Numbered from the stretch's first letter, positions 28,172-38,834 are shown. The stretch is 64,000 nucleotides of DNA from Azonexus sp. (GCA_041917165.1 JAYRYB010000002.1:337327-401326), one strand, 5' to 3'. Notes: generated by a model not told the origin, from the sequence alone. A program made the numbers and translations.

Positions 28172-28788
28172 CGCTGGTCGAGGAATTTTTCGAGGATTTC
28201 CAGCCGGGCCAGCGGGTCGTCGAGTTCGAGCAGCTTCTGTTTGGCCAGATTCTGGATCGGCAGCACTTCGGTGATCCGGTAGCCGACCCAGAGCGCGTTG
28301 TCGTAGTCATGCGGCTCGGGAATCCGCTCCGCACCGAGATCGGCGACCACGCGGCGGAGCAGCGGCAGCAAACGGCGTCGTTCCGGCGGCAGCGCGACGG
28401 CGCCGGGCTCCGGCAGCAGTTCGACCTTGGCACGCAGCAGCTTGTCATCGTCAACATGACTGTCGATGATGCGGAAGCGCCGCCCGCCGCGCGTACTGAT
28501 GAGCAGGATGCCCAATTGCTCCATTTCCCAGTCGGCAATGCTTGCCAGCGTGCCCAGCACATGCGGCGTTGCCGCCTCGCCGACCTCGTTGCCCTTGTCG
28601 ATCAGGCAGATGCCGAAGGGACTGGCGTCCTTCATGCAGGCGGCGGCCATGTCGAGATAGCGTTGCTCGAAGATCTTCAGTGGCTGCACGCCGCCGGGAA
28701 AAAGCACGGTATTGAGCGGAAAGATCGGGATGTCGAGCATCTCGACGCCGGTGCCGCTGGGGGCGCGGGTGAAGTCGAACCAGCCCAT
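28156..28788 (-). CDS. LON peptidase substrate-binding domain protein
   Basis: IPIFPLNTVLFPGG..PLKIFEQRYLDM, KQKLLE. Confidence 0.9.
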   Translation of the reverse strand: MGWFDFTRAPSGTGVEMLDIPIFPLNTVLFPGGVQPLKIFEQRYLDMAAACMKDASPFGICLIDKGNEVGEAATPHVLGTLASIADWEMEQLGILLISTRGGRRFRIIDSHVDDDKLLRAKVELLPEPGAVALPPERRRLLPLLRRVVADLGAERIPEPHDYDNALWVGYRITEVLPIQNLAKQKLLELDDPLARLEILEKFLDQRQLLD

Positions 28789-28789
28789 C

Positions 28790-29404
28790 TCAGCGGGCCT
28801 CGCCCCAGCGCTGCATCAGGGTGTGTGGCACGCCGACCTGGTCGAGAACGCGGGCGACGACAAAATCGACGATATCGGCGACGGTCTGCGGATGGTTGTA
28901 GAAGCCGGGGCTGGGCGGGACGATGCTGGCGCCGGCTCGTGCCAGACGCAGCATGTTTTCGAGATGGATCACTGAAAACGGCGTCTCGCGCGGCACCAGC
29001 ACCAGCTTGCGGCCTTCCTTGAGCACGACGTCGGCGGCGCGTTCAATCAGGTTGTCGGCCAGCCCCTGCGCAATCGCCGCCAGCGTGCCCATCGAGCACG
29101 GACAGATGACCATCGCGTCCGGCGGATTGGAGCCGGAGGCGACCGGCGCGAACCACTCCTCGCGTCCGTAAATTTGCAGGTTTTCCGGGTTCACCGCAGA
29201 CGGCAGCCGGGCGAGCAGCGCTTGGCGCGCATCGGCCGGGCGCGACGGCAGTTCGAGATCCATCTCCTGCCGGGCGACGACCTGCGCTGCTTGCGAATAC
29301 AGCAACTGGACCCGGCAGCCGGCAGCGAGCAGGCAGTCGAGCAGGCGCAGGCCGTAAGGCATGCCAGAGGCACCGGTGAGAGCGAGGCAGATGGTTTTAG
29401 GCAT
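28790..29404 (-). CDS. ubiX: Flavin prenyltransferase UbiX
   Basis: LTGASG, PCSMGTL, RAADVVLKE, VPRETP, PPSPGFY. Confidence 0.95.
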   Translation of the reverse strand: MPKTICLALTGASGMPYGLRLLDCLLAAGCRVQLLYSQAAQVVARQEMDLELPSRPADARQALLARLPSAVNPENLQIYGREEWFAPVASGSNPPDAMVICPCSMGTLAAIAQGLADNLIERAADVVLKEGRKLVLVPRETPFSVIHLENMLRLARAGASIVPPSPGFYNHPQTVADIVDFVVARVLDQVGVPHTLMQRWGEAR

Positions 29405-29981
29405 CGGGAGGGCTTTCCACAGCGGGGGTGTCAGCCAGCAGTTTAGCTGCGATCAGGCCGTTGAGGGTGCCGAAGACCAGCGCCGCGCCGGCAAACACCG
29501 GTGTCAGCAGAAAAACGCCGTCGTGCGGGATCAGCCACAGCCGCGCCAGTAACAACTGGCCGCCAATGTGGGCGAAAGCGGCGAGGATGGAGAGTGTCAC
29601 CGGCCCGAACCAGCGTGCCGGCAGGTGACGGGCGAGGCCGAGGGTCAGCAGGCTGAGCGTCGTACCGGTGAGGGACAGGAAGAAGCCGGGCGCAAGGAAG
29701 TAGCCGAGCAACAGGCTGCCGGCGAGCACGCGCAGCACGCTGACCCAGACAGCAGTACCCCAGCCGTAGCGGATGAGGACGACCAGCGTGACGATGTTCG
29801 CCAGCCCCGGCTTGACGCCGGGCAAGGGCGAGGGAATGGCGGCATCGACCAGCGACAGACCGACGGCGGCGGTCGCCAGCCAGGCGACCCGGCGGTCTTC
29901 GTCCGTCACTTCAAGCCGGGTCACGCCGGGACCGGGAGGGCGCCCCGATTCCATGCCCTCTTCAATAGCTGATCGAGTCAT
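29397..29981 (-). CDS. Gx transporter / heptaprenyl diphosphate synthase component I family membrane protein (start uncertain)
   Basis: IPSPLPGVKPGLAN, H..GQL motifs; multiple TM segments. Confidence 0.85.
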   Translation of the reverse strand: MTRSAIEEGMESGRPPGPGVTRLEVTDEDRRVAWLATAAVGLSLVDAAIPSPLPGVKPGLANIVTLVVLIRYGWGTAVWVSVLRVLAGSLLLGYFLAPGFFLSLTGTTLSLLTLGLARHLPARWFGPVTLSILAAFAHIGGQLLLARLWLIPHDGVFLLTPVFAGAALVFGTLNGLIAAKLLADTPAVESPPDA

Positions 29982-30345
29982 AGACCTTGGTCCGTCCGGC
30001 AACCTGGACGCTGACGCGGTTGGGCGCGCAGATGGCGATTTCGCCGGGGCGCATCAACCAGCCCTGACGAACGCAGTATTGTTTGGGCCCGGGATCGGAG
30101 ACGACGCGGACACGCCCGGGCTCGATGGCGATCAGCGTATTGCCCAGCGGCCCGGGTACCTGCAGTTCGCGCCGGGTACGCAGGTCGATCTCGGCAAACA
30201 CCTGGCCGTCCTGACGCACGATGGCCTTGTCGGCAATGCCGCCCTGCCAGAACAGCGGGACGCTGACTGCAACCACCGCTGCGCCTGCGAAAAAGACCAG
30301 CCAGTCGCCCGCACGGACCAGGCGCAGCCAGGGAGCGAGGGACAT
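29962..30345 (-). CDS. NusG domain II-containing protein (DUF1312-like)
   Basis: GD + TM helix, GPLG.T.I, P.QYCV.QGW...GE.AICAPN. Confidence 0.85.
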   Translation of the reverse strand: MSLAPWLRLVRAGDWLVFFAGAAVVAVSVPLFWQGGIADKAIVRQDGQVFAEIDLRTRRELQVPGPLGNTLIAIEPGRVRVVSDPGPKQYCVRQGWLMRPGEIAICAPNRVSVQVAGRTKVYDSISY

Positions 30346-30366
30346 TGAAACTGCAAACCCCGGGGG

Positions 30367-31227
30367 CTAGCCGAGCCCGGCCAGTGTCCGGTGGCGGACC
30401 AGCACGCGGGCGTGGTCGGCAAATTCGCGGCCCAGCCATTCGGCCAGATACACCGAGCGATGCTGGCCGCCGGTGCAGCCGATGGCGACCGTCAGGTAGT
30501 TGCGGTTGTCCTTGATGTAGCAGGGCAGCCAGGTCGCGATGAAGCGGCGGATGTCGTCGCGCATCTGGCAGACCTCGGCTTCGGCTTCGAGAAAGTCGAT
30601 CACCGCTTGGTCGCGGCCGGTCTGTGGGCGCAGTGCCGGGTCGTAGTGCGGGTTGGGCAGGCAGCGGACATCGAAGACGAGATCGGCGTCGAGCGGAATG
30701 CCGTGCTTGAAACCGAAGGACTCGAACATTAGCGTCAGGCCCTGGCCAGGGTCGGATTCGATGAACTGGCGCACCCATTCGCGCAAGGCATTGGCCTTGA
30801 GATTGCTGGTGTCGATGCGATGGCCAAGCGCAGACAGCGGCTCCAGTAATTCGCGCTCGGCGCGGATCGCCTCAACCAGGGTGACGCCTTCGCCAGCCAG
30901 CGGGTGACGGCGACGTGACTCGGAATAGCGTTTGATCAGTGCCTCATCGCTGGCGTGCAGGAAGAGCAGGGTGACGCGCGTTTCACCATCACCGTCGCTG
31001 CGGGCGAGTTTGGACAATTTTCCTGGCAACTGTTCGATGCCGTGCCCGGATCGGGCATCGACCGCGACTGCGACCTTGCGCACGCCCTCTTCCCGCAACA
31101 TGCCGACCAGCACATTGAGCATGACGACCGGCAGGTTGTCCACGCAGTAATAGCCGGCGTCCTCAAGCAGGTTGAGGGCGACCGACTTGCCGGAGCCGGA
31201 GAGGCCGCTGATGAGCACGATTTCCAT
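30367..31227 (-). CDS. rapZ: RNase adapter RapZ
   Basis: [44 protein letters not shown]. Confidence 0.96.
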   Translation of the reverse strand: MEIVLISGLSGSGKSVALNLLEDAGYYCVDNLPVVMLNVLVGMLREEGVRKVAVAVDARSGHGIEQLPGKLSKLARSDGDGETRVTLLFLHASDEALIKRYSESRRRHPLAGEGVTLVEAIRAERELLEPLSALGHRIDTSNLKANALREWVRQFIESDPGQGLTLMFESFGFKHGIPLDADLVFDVRCLPNPHYDPALRPQTGRDQAVIDFLEAEAEVCQMRDDIRRFIATWLPCYIKDNRNYLTVAIGCTGGQHRSVYLAEWLGREFADHARVLVRHRTLAGLG

Positions 31228-31300
31228 GCATCGCAGCATAATTCATGGCGGCGCCGGCAATCAACCTTGGGCATAATAAAGCGTCCTCAGGAGACTCCCC

Positions 31301-32464
31301 ATGCAACTGCTCGACCTTCCTTTCCTGCACGAACTGACCATGCTGCGCCGTGACATCCACGCGCACCCGGAACTGGCCTTCAATGAAACGCGGACCGCTG
31401 ATCTGGTCGCCGCCGAACTGACCCGCTATGGTCTGGAGGTGCATCGCGGCATCGCCAGGACCGGTGTCGTCGGTGTGCTACGCGCCGGCACCTCGCCACG
31501 GATGATCGGCCTGCGTGCCGACATGGATGCTTTGCCGCTGAGCGAACTGAATGAATTTCCGCATCACTCGAAATACCAGGGGAAGATGCACGCCTGCGGC
31601 CACGACGGCCACACCGCGCTCCTGCTCGGCGCCGCCCGCTACCTCGCCGGCAATCCCGATTTCGATGGCATCGCCGTCTTCATCTTCCAGCCCGCCGAGG
31701 AGTCGGAAGGCGGTGCGGCAGTGATGATCGAGGAGGGACTCTTCGAGCGCTTCCCGGTCGAGGCGGTCTTCGGCCTGCACAACTGGCCCGGCATTCCGCT
31801 TGGGCAGATGGCGGTGATGCCCGGCCCGGTGATGGCCGGAACCTGCGCCTTCGAGATCACCATCCGTGGTCATGGCTGCCACGCCGCGATGCCGCATCAG
31901 GGCGTCGATGCCATTGTCGCCGGCGCCCAACTGGTGCAGGCGCTACAGACGGTGGTCAGCCGCACGCTGCATCCCTGCGAGTCGGCGGTGGTCAGCGTCA
32001 CCCAGTTCCATGCCGGCGAGGCCTGGAACATCATTCCCGAGGAAGTAGTGTTGCGCGGCACCATCCGCAGCTTCAAGCCGGAGGTGCAGGAGAACATCGA
32101 GCGCGCCATCGAGCGGCTGTGCAGCGGCATCGCTTCAGCCAATGGTGCGCAGATCGGCGTCCGCTTCGATCACCGCTACCCGCCGACGGTGAACTCGGAA
32201 AACGAGGCAAACTTCTGTCGCAAGGTCGCCGCGTCCGTGCTCGGTGCCGCCAACGTCCAGACCAACACGCTACCGTCGATGGGCGCCGAAGACTTCGCCT
32301 ACATGCTGCGCGAAAAGCCCGGTTGCTACGTCTGGCTGGGCAATGGCCCCGGCACCGGCGGCTGCACGCTGCACAACCCGCACTACGACTTCAACGACGA
32401 CGCGCTGGTGGCCGGCGTCAGTTACTGGGTCGAACTGGTGCGGCAGGCGCTGCCCAAGACCTGA
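31301..32464 (+). CDS. M20D amidohydrolase (hippurate hydrolase-like)
   Basis: HAHPELAF, LRADMDALP, MHACGHDGH, FQPAEE, MGAEDF, LHNP.YDFND. Confidence 0.93.
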   Translation: MQLLDLPFLHELTMLRRDIHAHPELAFNETRTADLVAAELTRYGLEVHRGIARTGVVGVLRAGTSPRMIGLRADMDALPLSELNEFPHHSKYQGKMHACGHDGHTALLLGAARYLAGNPDFDGIAVFIFQPAEESEGGAAVMIEEGLFERFPVEAVFGLHNWPGIPLGQMAVMPGPVMAGTCAFEITIRGHGCHAAMPHQGVDAIVAGAQLVQALQTVVSRTLHPCESAVVSVTQFHAGEAWNIIPEEVVLRGTIRSFKPEVQENIERAIERLCSGIASANGAQIGVRFDHRYPPTVNSENEANFCRKVAASVLGAANVQTNTLPSMGAEDFAYMLREKPGCYVWLGNGPGTGGCTLHNPHYDFNDDALVAGVSYWVELVRQALPKT

Positions 32465-32467
32465 GCT

Positions 32468-33382
32468 TCAGGGGGCGAGCAGCCAGCCATCCTCGCGACG
32501 GATGGCATTCACCAGCAGCAGTTCGCGCTCGGCGCGGCTGGCGAGTTCTTCGGGCGGCAAGCCTAGATAGCGGCGATTAACGTCGTCGGCGAAGGCCAGG
32601 TTGCTCATGAATTCGGGCAGTGTCGCCGAAGGCAGGCGGCGGCGTTCGAGGATGGAAAAGGCGAGGATGACCTTGATCGCGTGCCAGGCCAGTTGTTCGA
32701 TGTTGCGGCTGAACTGGTCCAACCGGCGAAAGGCGCGCTCGAAGGCCGCGTCGATGTCGCCAAAGGGGCGACCGTGGCCGGGAATGACAACGTCGATGGG
32801 CAGACGCGACAGGGCTTCCAGTGTCGCCCGCGTGTGGGCGAGGCCGTCGGCTTCGCCGAGCAGTTCCGGGAAGATGACGCCGAAGCCGTTTTCCCACAGC
32901 GCATCGCCGGAGATCAGGATGCGCCGCTCCGGGTTGTAGTAGGCCAGCGCCTCCATGTCGTGGCCGGGGACGGCGATGGCCTGCCAGTTGAGGCCACCCA
33001 TTTCGATTTCGCTGCCGCCTTCAATCAGCGCATCATGCTGGAAGCGGGCCGCCTGCTGGCCCAGCGGCGAGAGCAGCAGGGCGTTTTCGTCCCAGTCGGC
33101 GATGGTCGCGTGCAGGCCGGCGGGGACGATGATCCGGCAGTCGAAGGCTGCCTTGAGCGCAGCGTTGCCGCCGATGTGGTCGGAGTGGGAATGGGTGTTG
33201 ATGACCCGGTCGAGGCGGCGGCCAGCGAGCGCGCAGGTAACGAGGTCGACGGTCTGCTCGGCGTGGGTGACGTAGCCGCTGTCGACCAGCGTCCCGCCAT
33301 CGCCTTCGAGAAAGACAATATTGTTTGCCGACAGCCAGCCGCGCTCGAGGACGAGCATGCTTGCGGGCAGGGCGGGCATCAT
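32468..33382 (-). CDS. MBL-fold metallo-hydrolase
   Basis: THSHSDHIGG, PGHD, ISGDAL, IPGHG. Confidence 0.9.
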   Translation of the reverse strand: MMPALPASMLVLERGWLSANNIVFLEGDGGTLVDSGYVTHAEQTVDLVTCALAGRRLDRVINTHSHSDHIGGNAALKAAFDCRIIVPAGLHATIADWDENALLLSPLGQQAARFQHDALIEGGSEIEMGGLNWQAIAVPGHDMEALAYYNPERRILISGDALWENGFGVIFPELLGEADGLAHTRATLEALSRLPIDVVIPGHGRPFGDIDAAFERAFRRLDQFSRNIEQLAWHAIKVILAFSILERRRLPSATLPEFMSNLAFADDVNRRYLGLPPEELASRAERELLLVNAIRREDGWLLAP

Positions 33383-33558
33383 TCCGGTGTATCCGGATCG
33401 CCCGATTTTGGCGGTTTTTCAGGGTTTACCGCAGCAACGACCTCGGCGACGACGATGGGTGTATCCATCGGTGGCCGGCCGCAGCCGAGGCAATAACCGG
33501 AGTCGGGGTCGGCCATGCAGATGCCGACGCACTGATAAAGCGCCTCGTTATCGCTCAT
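33379..33558 (-). CDS. DUF1289-like small Cys-rich protein
   Basis: CVGIC.....GYCLGCGR; ATG at 33558 overlaps the upstream paralogue. Confidence 0.65.
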   Translation of the reverse strand: MSDNEALYQCVGICMADPDSGYCLGCGRPPMDTPIVVAEVVAAVNPEKPPKSGDPDTPE

Positions 33559-33748
33559 GGCGGGGGCTCGCAGCGGGGGAACGGGCCAGCGCTTGCCGGC
33601 GCCGCGGCAGGTCGTCGACGATCTGGCGGCGGGCGCGTTCATCGAACCGCGTCCAAAGGGTGATTTCATCGATGGTGCGGTAGCAGCCGGTGCACAAGCC
33701 ACTGGCGGCGTCCATCTTGCAGACGTTGATGCAGGGAGAGGGGGTCAT
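33548..33748 (-). CDS. DUF1289 family protein
   Basis: SPCINVCKMD..GLCTGCYRTIDEI..W. Confidence 0.88.
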   Translation of the reverse strand: MTPSPCINVCKMDAASGLCTGCYRTIDEITLWTRFDERARRQIVDDLPRRRQALARSPAASPRHER

Positions 33749-34737
33749 CAGAGCAGGATGTAACGTTTTTGTTGATCGCGGGACTTTTCGACCGCGGCAA
33801 GGGCTTCTTCGCGGGTGACACGCACCAGCGTCGCGATGTGCTGACGCCGGTCACGGCTGGAAAGTTCCGGAAATTTCAGCGTCTGGACCTGGTCGTCCGG
33901 GGTGTCGTCACGCTGGACGATGCCGAGACGGTCGACGCGCACCGTCACCGGGGTCAGGCTCAGCGCGGTTTCCGGGTGGCGCAGGAAGTCGGCCAGCGTT
34001 TCGACGAGGTTTTCCGGCATCAGCGAATCGGCGTTCTGCGACAGGCGGAATTCCAGTTCAGCGAGGTGGCGGGTGTGTTCGGCGGTGTGTTCGGCGTCGT
34101 CGTGTTGCCGGCTGACCAGCAGTTGTGCATGTTCGACCGAAAGATCGGCGCGCAGGTTGAGGCGGGCGCGGCGCAGTGCATCGACGTGGCTGTTGAAGGC
34201 AGTGAGCAGGCTTTCCAGCGCCCGGGCCCGCAGGCGGTCACGGGTCCGGTCGAGGTCGCAGGTCGGCTCGATCAGCGTCTGATCGGAAAAGTAGAGCACT
34301 TCCTGCGGCACGTCGTTGCGAATGATGTCGCCCTGCTGCGCCATGCCGAACTGCTTTTTCTGCTGCCGACGGGCGGCGAGCATGGCGCAGAAGCAGTCGG
34401 CCTCCCAGCACTCCGGGCGTTCCAGATAATCGCGGATGGCCTGGCTGCGACCGAGCATGGCATCGATATCGGCGGCGGTGGCAAACAGCGCGTGGATCAG
34501 CGGATCCTGGCTGAAGGCCTGGCGGTTGATTTCCAGCGGGCCGGGCAGTGCGGCGACCAGCCCGGCACAGTAGCCCAGCGCGTGCTCGACGGCGCCGGCC
34601 AGATGTTTTTCAAGATGCGGTGCGGCACGCACCAGCGGGTCCGTCATGCCGATCACGCGATCCAGCGCCGCTGCGACCTCCGGGTCGGGGGGCGGGGCGG
34701 GTTTGATCAGTTCGGCAATGGCGGAAAACAGGCTCAC
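33748..34737 (-). CDS. Hypothetical protein
   Basis: 329-aa ORF overlapping both neighbours by 1-4 nt; no recognisable motif. Confidence 0.7.
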   Translation of the reverse strand: MSLFSAIAELIKPAPPPDPEVAAALDRVIGMTDPLVRAAPHLEKHLAGAVEHALGYCAGLVAALPGPLEINRQAFSQDPLIHALFATAADIDAMLGRSQAIRDYLERPECWEADCFCAMLAARRQQKKQFGMAQQGDIIRNDVPQEVLYFSDQTLIEPTCDLDRTRDRLRARALESLLTAFNSHVDALRRARLNLRADLSVEHAQLLVSRQHDDAEHTAEHTRHLAELEFRLSQNADSLMPENLVETLADFLRHPETALSLTPVTVRVDRLGIVQRDDTPDDQVQTLKFPELSSRDRRQHIATLVRVTREEALAAVEKSRDQQKRYILL

Positions 34738-35639
34738 GCAGTGGCAGTACAGAGGGCCCGGCCGGCCTTGGCACCATTCGGGCGATTGATGGCACTGGAA
34801 ATCCAGTCGCCGATAGCCGCCAGTTTAGCCAGATCGATGCCGGTTTCAATGCCCAGCCCCTGCAAGAGATAAACGACATCCTCGGTGGCAACGTTGCCGG
34901 AGGCGCCTTTGGCATACGGGCAGCCGCCGAGGCCGGCAATCGAGGCATCGAAAACTGCCACGCCCAGCTGCAGCGACGCATGGATGTTCGCAATCGCCAT
35001 GCCGTAGGTGTCGTGATAATGCCCAGCCAGTTTTTCGATGGGCACGACGCGGGCGCAGGCCTCGATCATGCGCTGGATGCTGGCCGGATTGCCGACGCCG
35101 ATGGTGTCGCCGAGCGAGACCTCGTAGCAGCCCATGTCGTACAGCGTCTTGGCGACGCTCGCCGCCTGCTCCGGCGCGACGGCGCCCTCGTAGGGGCAGC
35201 CGACGACGCAGGAAACATAGCCGCGAACCTTCATTTCCAGCGCCGACGCGGCCGAAACCACCGGTTCGAAGCGTTTCAGGCTCTCGGCAATGGAGCAGTT
35301 GATGTTCTTCTTCGAGAAAGACTCGGAGGCGGCGCCGAATATCGCCACCTCGGTGGCCCCGGCGGCAACGGCCGCATCGAAGCCTTGCAAATTTGGCGTC
35401 AAAACCGGGTAGACCGCAGCCGGATGGCGGGTGATGCCGGCCATCACCGCGCTGTTGTCGCCCATCTGTGGCACCCACTTCGGTGACACGAAGGAGGTCG
35501 CTTCGATGACGCGGACGCCGGCATCGGCCAGTCGGTTGATCAGTTCGATCTTGGTTTCGGTCGGGACGACCTGTTTTTCATTCTGCAGCCCGTCACGCGG
35601 GCCGACTTCGACGATCTTGACGTGGGAGGGGAGAGACAT
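34734..35639 (-). CDS. liuE: Hydroxymethylglutaryl-CoA lyase
   Basis: [48 protein letters not shown]. Confidence 0.95.
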   Translation of the reverse strand: MSLPSHVKIVEVGPRDGLQNEKQVVPTETKIELINRLADAGVRVIEATSFVSPKWVPQMGDNSAVMAGITRHPAAVYPVLTPNLQGFDAAVAAGATEVAIFGAASESFSKKNINCSIAESLKRFEPVVSAASALEMKVRGYVSCVVGCPYEGAVAPEQAASVAKTLYDMGCYEVSLGDTIGVGNPASIQRMIEACARVVPIEKLAGHYHDTYGMAIANIHASLQLGVAVFDASIAGLGGCPYAKGASGNVATEDVVYLLQGLGIETGIDLAKLAAIGDWISSAINRPNGAKAGRALCTATA

Positions 35640-35749
35640 GGCAATCAATCCATTCAAATGGCCAGGCAAGGGGAACGTGCCCCTTGCCGGCAGGAGGTCA
35701 TCGGCGTAGCGTTGAATGCGGTGCCTGTCCGCCAGAACAAGGAGGAATC

Positions 35750-35953
35750 ATGACCGACGAACAAATCCGCGGCGCAATCAAACTGGGCATGCCGTTTTTC
35801 GGTGTCACCGGGCACGGCGAAGTGCTGGCCCGTTACATTCCCTATGGCCCGGTCTTCAAGTGGGAGCGCAACCAGATCATTCCGATGCCGCTCCAGGGCA
35901 GTGACCTGCTCTGGTGGCTGAAGGTATCGGATGAAGAGGACCATGAGGGCTGA
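35750..35953 (+). CDS. Small hypothetical protein (67 aa)
   Basis: Strong RBS AAGGAGG, fills the gap between liuE and liuD on the opposite strand. Confidence 0.7.
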   Translation: MTDEQIRGAIKLGMPFFGVTGHGEVLARYIPYGPVFKWERNQIIPMPLQGSDLLWWLKVSDEEDHEG

Positions 35954-35962
35954 GTCCGACGA

Positions 35963-37963
35963 TTAAGCGCCGACGTCGAACTCGACCAGCGGCGCACCAT
36001 CGCTGACCTGCTCGCCAGCGGCGTAGCAGAAGGCCTTCACCGTGCCGGATGCCGGGGCGGTGATGGTGTGTTCCATCTTCATCGCCTCCAGAATCAACAG
36101 CGGCGTACCCTTCTCGACCTTCTGGCCCGGCTGGGCGAGCAGGGCGACAACCTTGCCCGGCATCGGCGCCGTCAGGCCGCCGCCGTGACTGTCGCCGGCA
36201 TCGACGCGGTGCAGCGGATCGTCGCGCAACAGGGTGTAGGTGCTGCCCTGCAGGAAGATGCTGCGCTTGTCGTCGACAGCCACCACCGAAGCAATCAGGC
36301 GGCGGTCGTCGAGCTCGACGGCGAAACGGTCGCCATCCAGCTTCTTGCCGCGGGCCAGCGTCGTTTCGCCGCCAAGGGTGATCTGCCACTGGTCGCGCTG
36401 GTAGCGGACATGGGCGTCGACCAGCGTTTCACCGTCCTTGAAGCTGATCGTGCGAGCCGCTGACAGGTTCATCCGCCAGCCGTCGCGGGCGTGCCAGGGC
36501 GAGTGCGGATCGCCGCTGGCCTTGGCGGCGCTGCGGGCTTCGTGCTGTTCCCAGAGCAGTTCGCCCACGGTGGCGACGAGCAGCGCATCGCGCGGCACGG
36601 CCTGAACGTCGGGGAAGAGGAATTCCTTCTGGCGCTCAATCAGGCCGGTGTCGAGGTCGGCACCGGCAAAGGCCGGGCAGGCGACGAGGCGCGACAGGAA
36701 ATCGATGTTGGTCGTCAGGCCGGCTACCTGATAGTCAGCCAGCGCCTTGCGCATGCGCGCCAGCGCGCCGTCGCGGGTTTCGTCCCAGACGATCAGCTTG
36801 GCGATCATCGGATCGTAGAAAGGCGTGATCTCGTCGCCTTCCTCGACGCCGGTGTCGACGCGGACGTTGATCGACTCGGCCGGCGGCGCGAGGCGGATCA
36901 GGCGGCCGGTGGCGGGCAGGAAGCCCTTGTTGGCGTCCTCGGCGTAAATGCGCGCTTCCAGTGCGTGGCCGCGGATTTCCAGTTGTTCCTGCTTGAGCGG
37001 CAGGGGCTGGCCGGCGGCGACACGCAACTGCCATTCGACGAGGTCTTGCCCGGTGATCATTTCGGTGACCGGATGCTCGACCTGCAGGCGGGTGTTCATC
37101 TCCATGAAGTAGAAGGTGCCATCCTGCATGGCGATGAACTCGACCGTGCCGGCGCCGACATAGCCGACGGCCTTGGCGGCGGCGACGGCAGCTTCACCCA
37201 TCTGGCGGCGGCGCTCTTCCGGCATGCCCGGGGCGGGTGCTTCTTCCAGTACCTTCTGGTGGCGACGCTGTACCGAGCAGTCACGCTCGAACAGGTACAC
37301 GCAGTTGCCCAGCGTGTCGGCGAAGACCTGAATCTCGATATGGCGCGGCTTGGTGATGTATTTCTCGATCAGCACATGGTCGTCACCGAAGCTGGAAATC
37401 GCCTCGCGCTTGCACGAGGCCAGCGCATCGGGAAAATCCGCCGACTTCTCGACCAGGCGCATGCCCTTGCCGCCACCGCCGGCAGCGGCCTTGATCAGCA
37501 CCGGGTAGCCGATCTGGTCGGCCTCCTTGTGCAGCAAATCCGGCGTCTGGTCATCGCCGTGGTAGCCCGGGGTCAGCGGGACGCTGGCGGCGCCCATCAG
37601 CTTCTTGGCTTCGGACTTCGAGCCCATGGCGCGGATCGCCGAAGCCGGCGGGCCGATGAAGGTGATGCCGTTGGCGGCCAGGGCCTCGGCAAACTCCTCG
37701 TTTTCGGACAAAAAGCCGTAACCCGGATGCACGGCCTGTGCGCCGGTGCGCTTGCAGGCCTCGATGATCTTGTCAGCGACGAGATAGGACTCGCGCGCGG
37801 CGGCCGGACCGAGCAGCACGGCCTCGTCGGCCAGGCGGACGTGGCGGGCGTTGGCATCGGCTTCGGAATAGACGGCGACGGTGCGGATGCCCATGCGGCG
37901 GGCAGTCTTGATCACGCGGCAGGCGATCTCTCCGCGGTTGGCAATCAGAATCTTGGTGAACAT
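35963..37963 (-). CDS. liuD: 3-methylcrotonyl-CoA carboxylase alpha subunit
   Basis: ANRGEIA, HPGYGFLSEN, GGGGKGMR, EMNTRLQVEHPVTE, biotinylation motif EAMKM; liu context. Confidence 0.93.
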   Translation of the reverse strand: MFTKILIANRGEIACRVIKTARRMGIRTVAVYSEADANARHVRLADEAVLLGPAAARESYLVADKIIEACKRTGAQAVHPGYGFLSENEEFAEALAANGITFIGPPASAIRAMGSKSEAKKLMGAASVPLTPGYHGDDQTPDLLHKEADQIGYPVLIKAAAGGGGKGMRLVEKSADFPDALASCKREAISSFGDDHVLIEKYITKPRHIEIQVFADTLGNCVYLFERDCSVQRRHQKVLEEAPAPGMPEERRRQMGEAAVAAAKAVGYVGAGTVEFIAMQDGTFYFMEMNTRLQVEHPVTEMITGQDLVEWQLRVAAGQPLPLKQEQLEIRGHALEARIYAEDANKGFLPATGRLIRLAPPAESINVRVDTGVEEGDEITPFYDPMIAKLIVWDETRDGALARMRKALADYQVAGLTTNIDFLSRLVACPAFAGADLDTGLIERQKEFLFPDVQAVPRDALLVATVGELLWEQHEARSAAKASGDPHSPWHARDGWRMNLSAARTISFKDGETLVDAHVRYQRDQWQITLGGETTLARGKKLDGDRFAVELDDRRLIASVVAVDDKRSIFLQGSTYTLLRDDPLHRVDAGDSHGGGLTAPMPGKVVALLAQPGQKVEKGTPLLILEAMKMEHTITAPASGTVKAFCYAAGEQVSDGAPLVEFDVGA

Positions 37964-37967
37964 CGGA

Positions 37968-38756
37968 TTATTCCCCCATCCAGTTGGGATGACGTTTGTC
38001 GAGGAAGGCCGAGATGCCCTCGCGTGCTTCCGGTGTCGCGCGCAGGTGGGCGATGCGGTGGGCGGTGTCTTCGACGACGTTGTCGTTGATCGGCTGGTTA
38101 TCGACGGCGCGGATCAGGTCCTTGGCGGCGGCTTGCGCGCAGGGGCCGCCGACGAGCAGGGCGTCGACGATTTCCTTGACCTTGGCATCCAGGTGCTCCG
38201 GTTCGACGGCTTCATGCACCAGCCCGATTTCGCGGGCGCGGGCGGCGTCGATGCGTTCGGCCGACTGGAAATAGCGGTAAGCCTGACGGGCGCCGATGGC
38301 GCGCACGACGTAGGGCGAAATGGCCGACGGGATGATGCCGAACTTGACCTCGGAGGTCGCGAAGACGGCCTTGGTCGAGGCGACGGCGATATCGCAGGCG
38401 GCGGTCAGGCCGGTGCCGCCACCGAGTGCCGCACCTTGCACGCGGGCGATGGTCGGCTTCTTCATCTCGGCCAGCACGCGCAGCATTTTCGCCAGTGCGC
38501 GGGCGTCGTTGAGGTTGTCATCGACGCCATTATTGGCGGCGCGTTTCATCCAGTTGAGGTCAGCCCCGGCCGAGAAGCTCTTGCCACGGCCGGCGAGGAC
38601 GACGACGCGGACGTCCTTGTCGTCATCGAGGGCGATGCAGGCGGCGGTCAGCTCGGCGATGAGGACTTCATCGAAGGCGTTGTGCATGTCCGGGCGGTTC
38701 ATCCAGATCGTGGCGACCGGGCCGGAGAGTTCGATTTCCAGGGTGGTGAAGGGCAT
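37968..38756 (-). CDS. liuC: Methylglutaconyl-CoA hydratase (crotonase family)
   Basis: FSAGADLNWM, GAALGGG, SEVKFGIIP; between liuB and liuD. Confidence 0.88.
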   Translation of the reverse strand: MPFTTLEIELSGPVATIWMNRPDMHNAFDEVLIAELTAACIALDDDKDVRVVVLAGRGKSFSAGADLNWMKRAANNGVDDNLNDARALAKMLRVLAEMKKPTIARVQGAALGGGTGLTAACDIAVASTKAVFATSEVKFGIIPSAISPYVVRAIGARQAYRYFQSAERIDAARAREIGLVHEAVEPEHLDAKVKEIVDALLVGGPCAQAAAKDLIRAVDNQPINDNVVEDTAHRIAHLRATPEAREGISAFLDKRHPNWMGE

Positions 38757-38834
38757 TGTTGTTTGTCTCCTGAATTTTTTGATTGTTGGCTAGTTGTGGG
38801 CGTTTTGTTTGGCGCTGGGTTCCGCGCCTGACGC

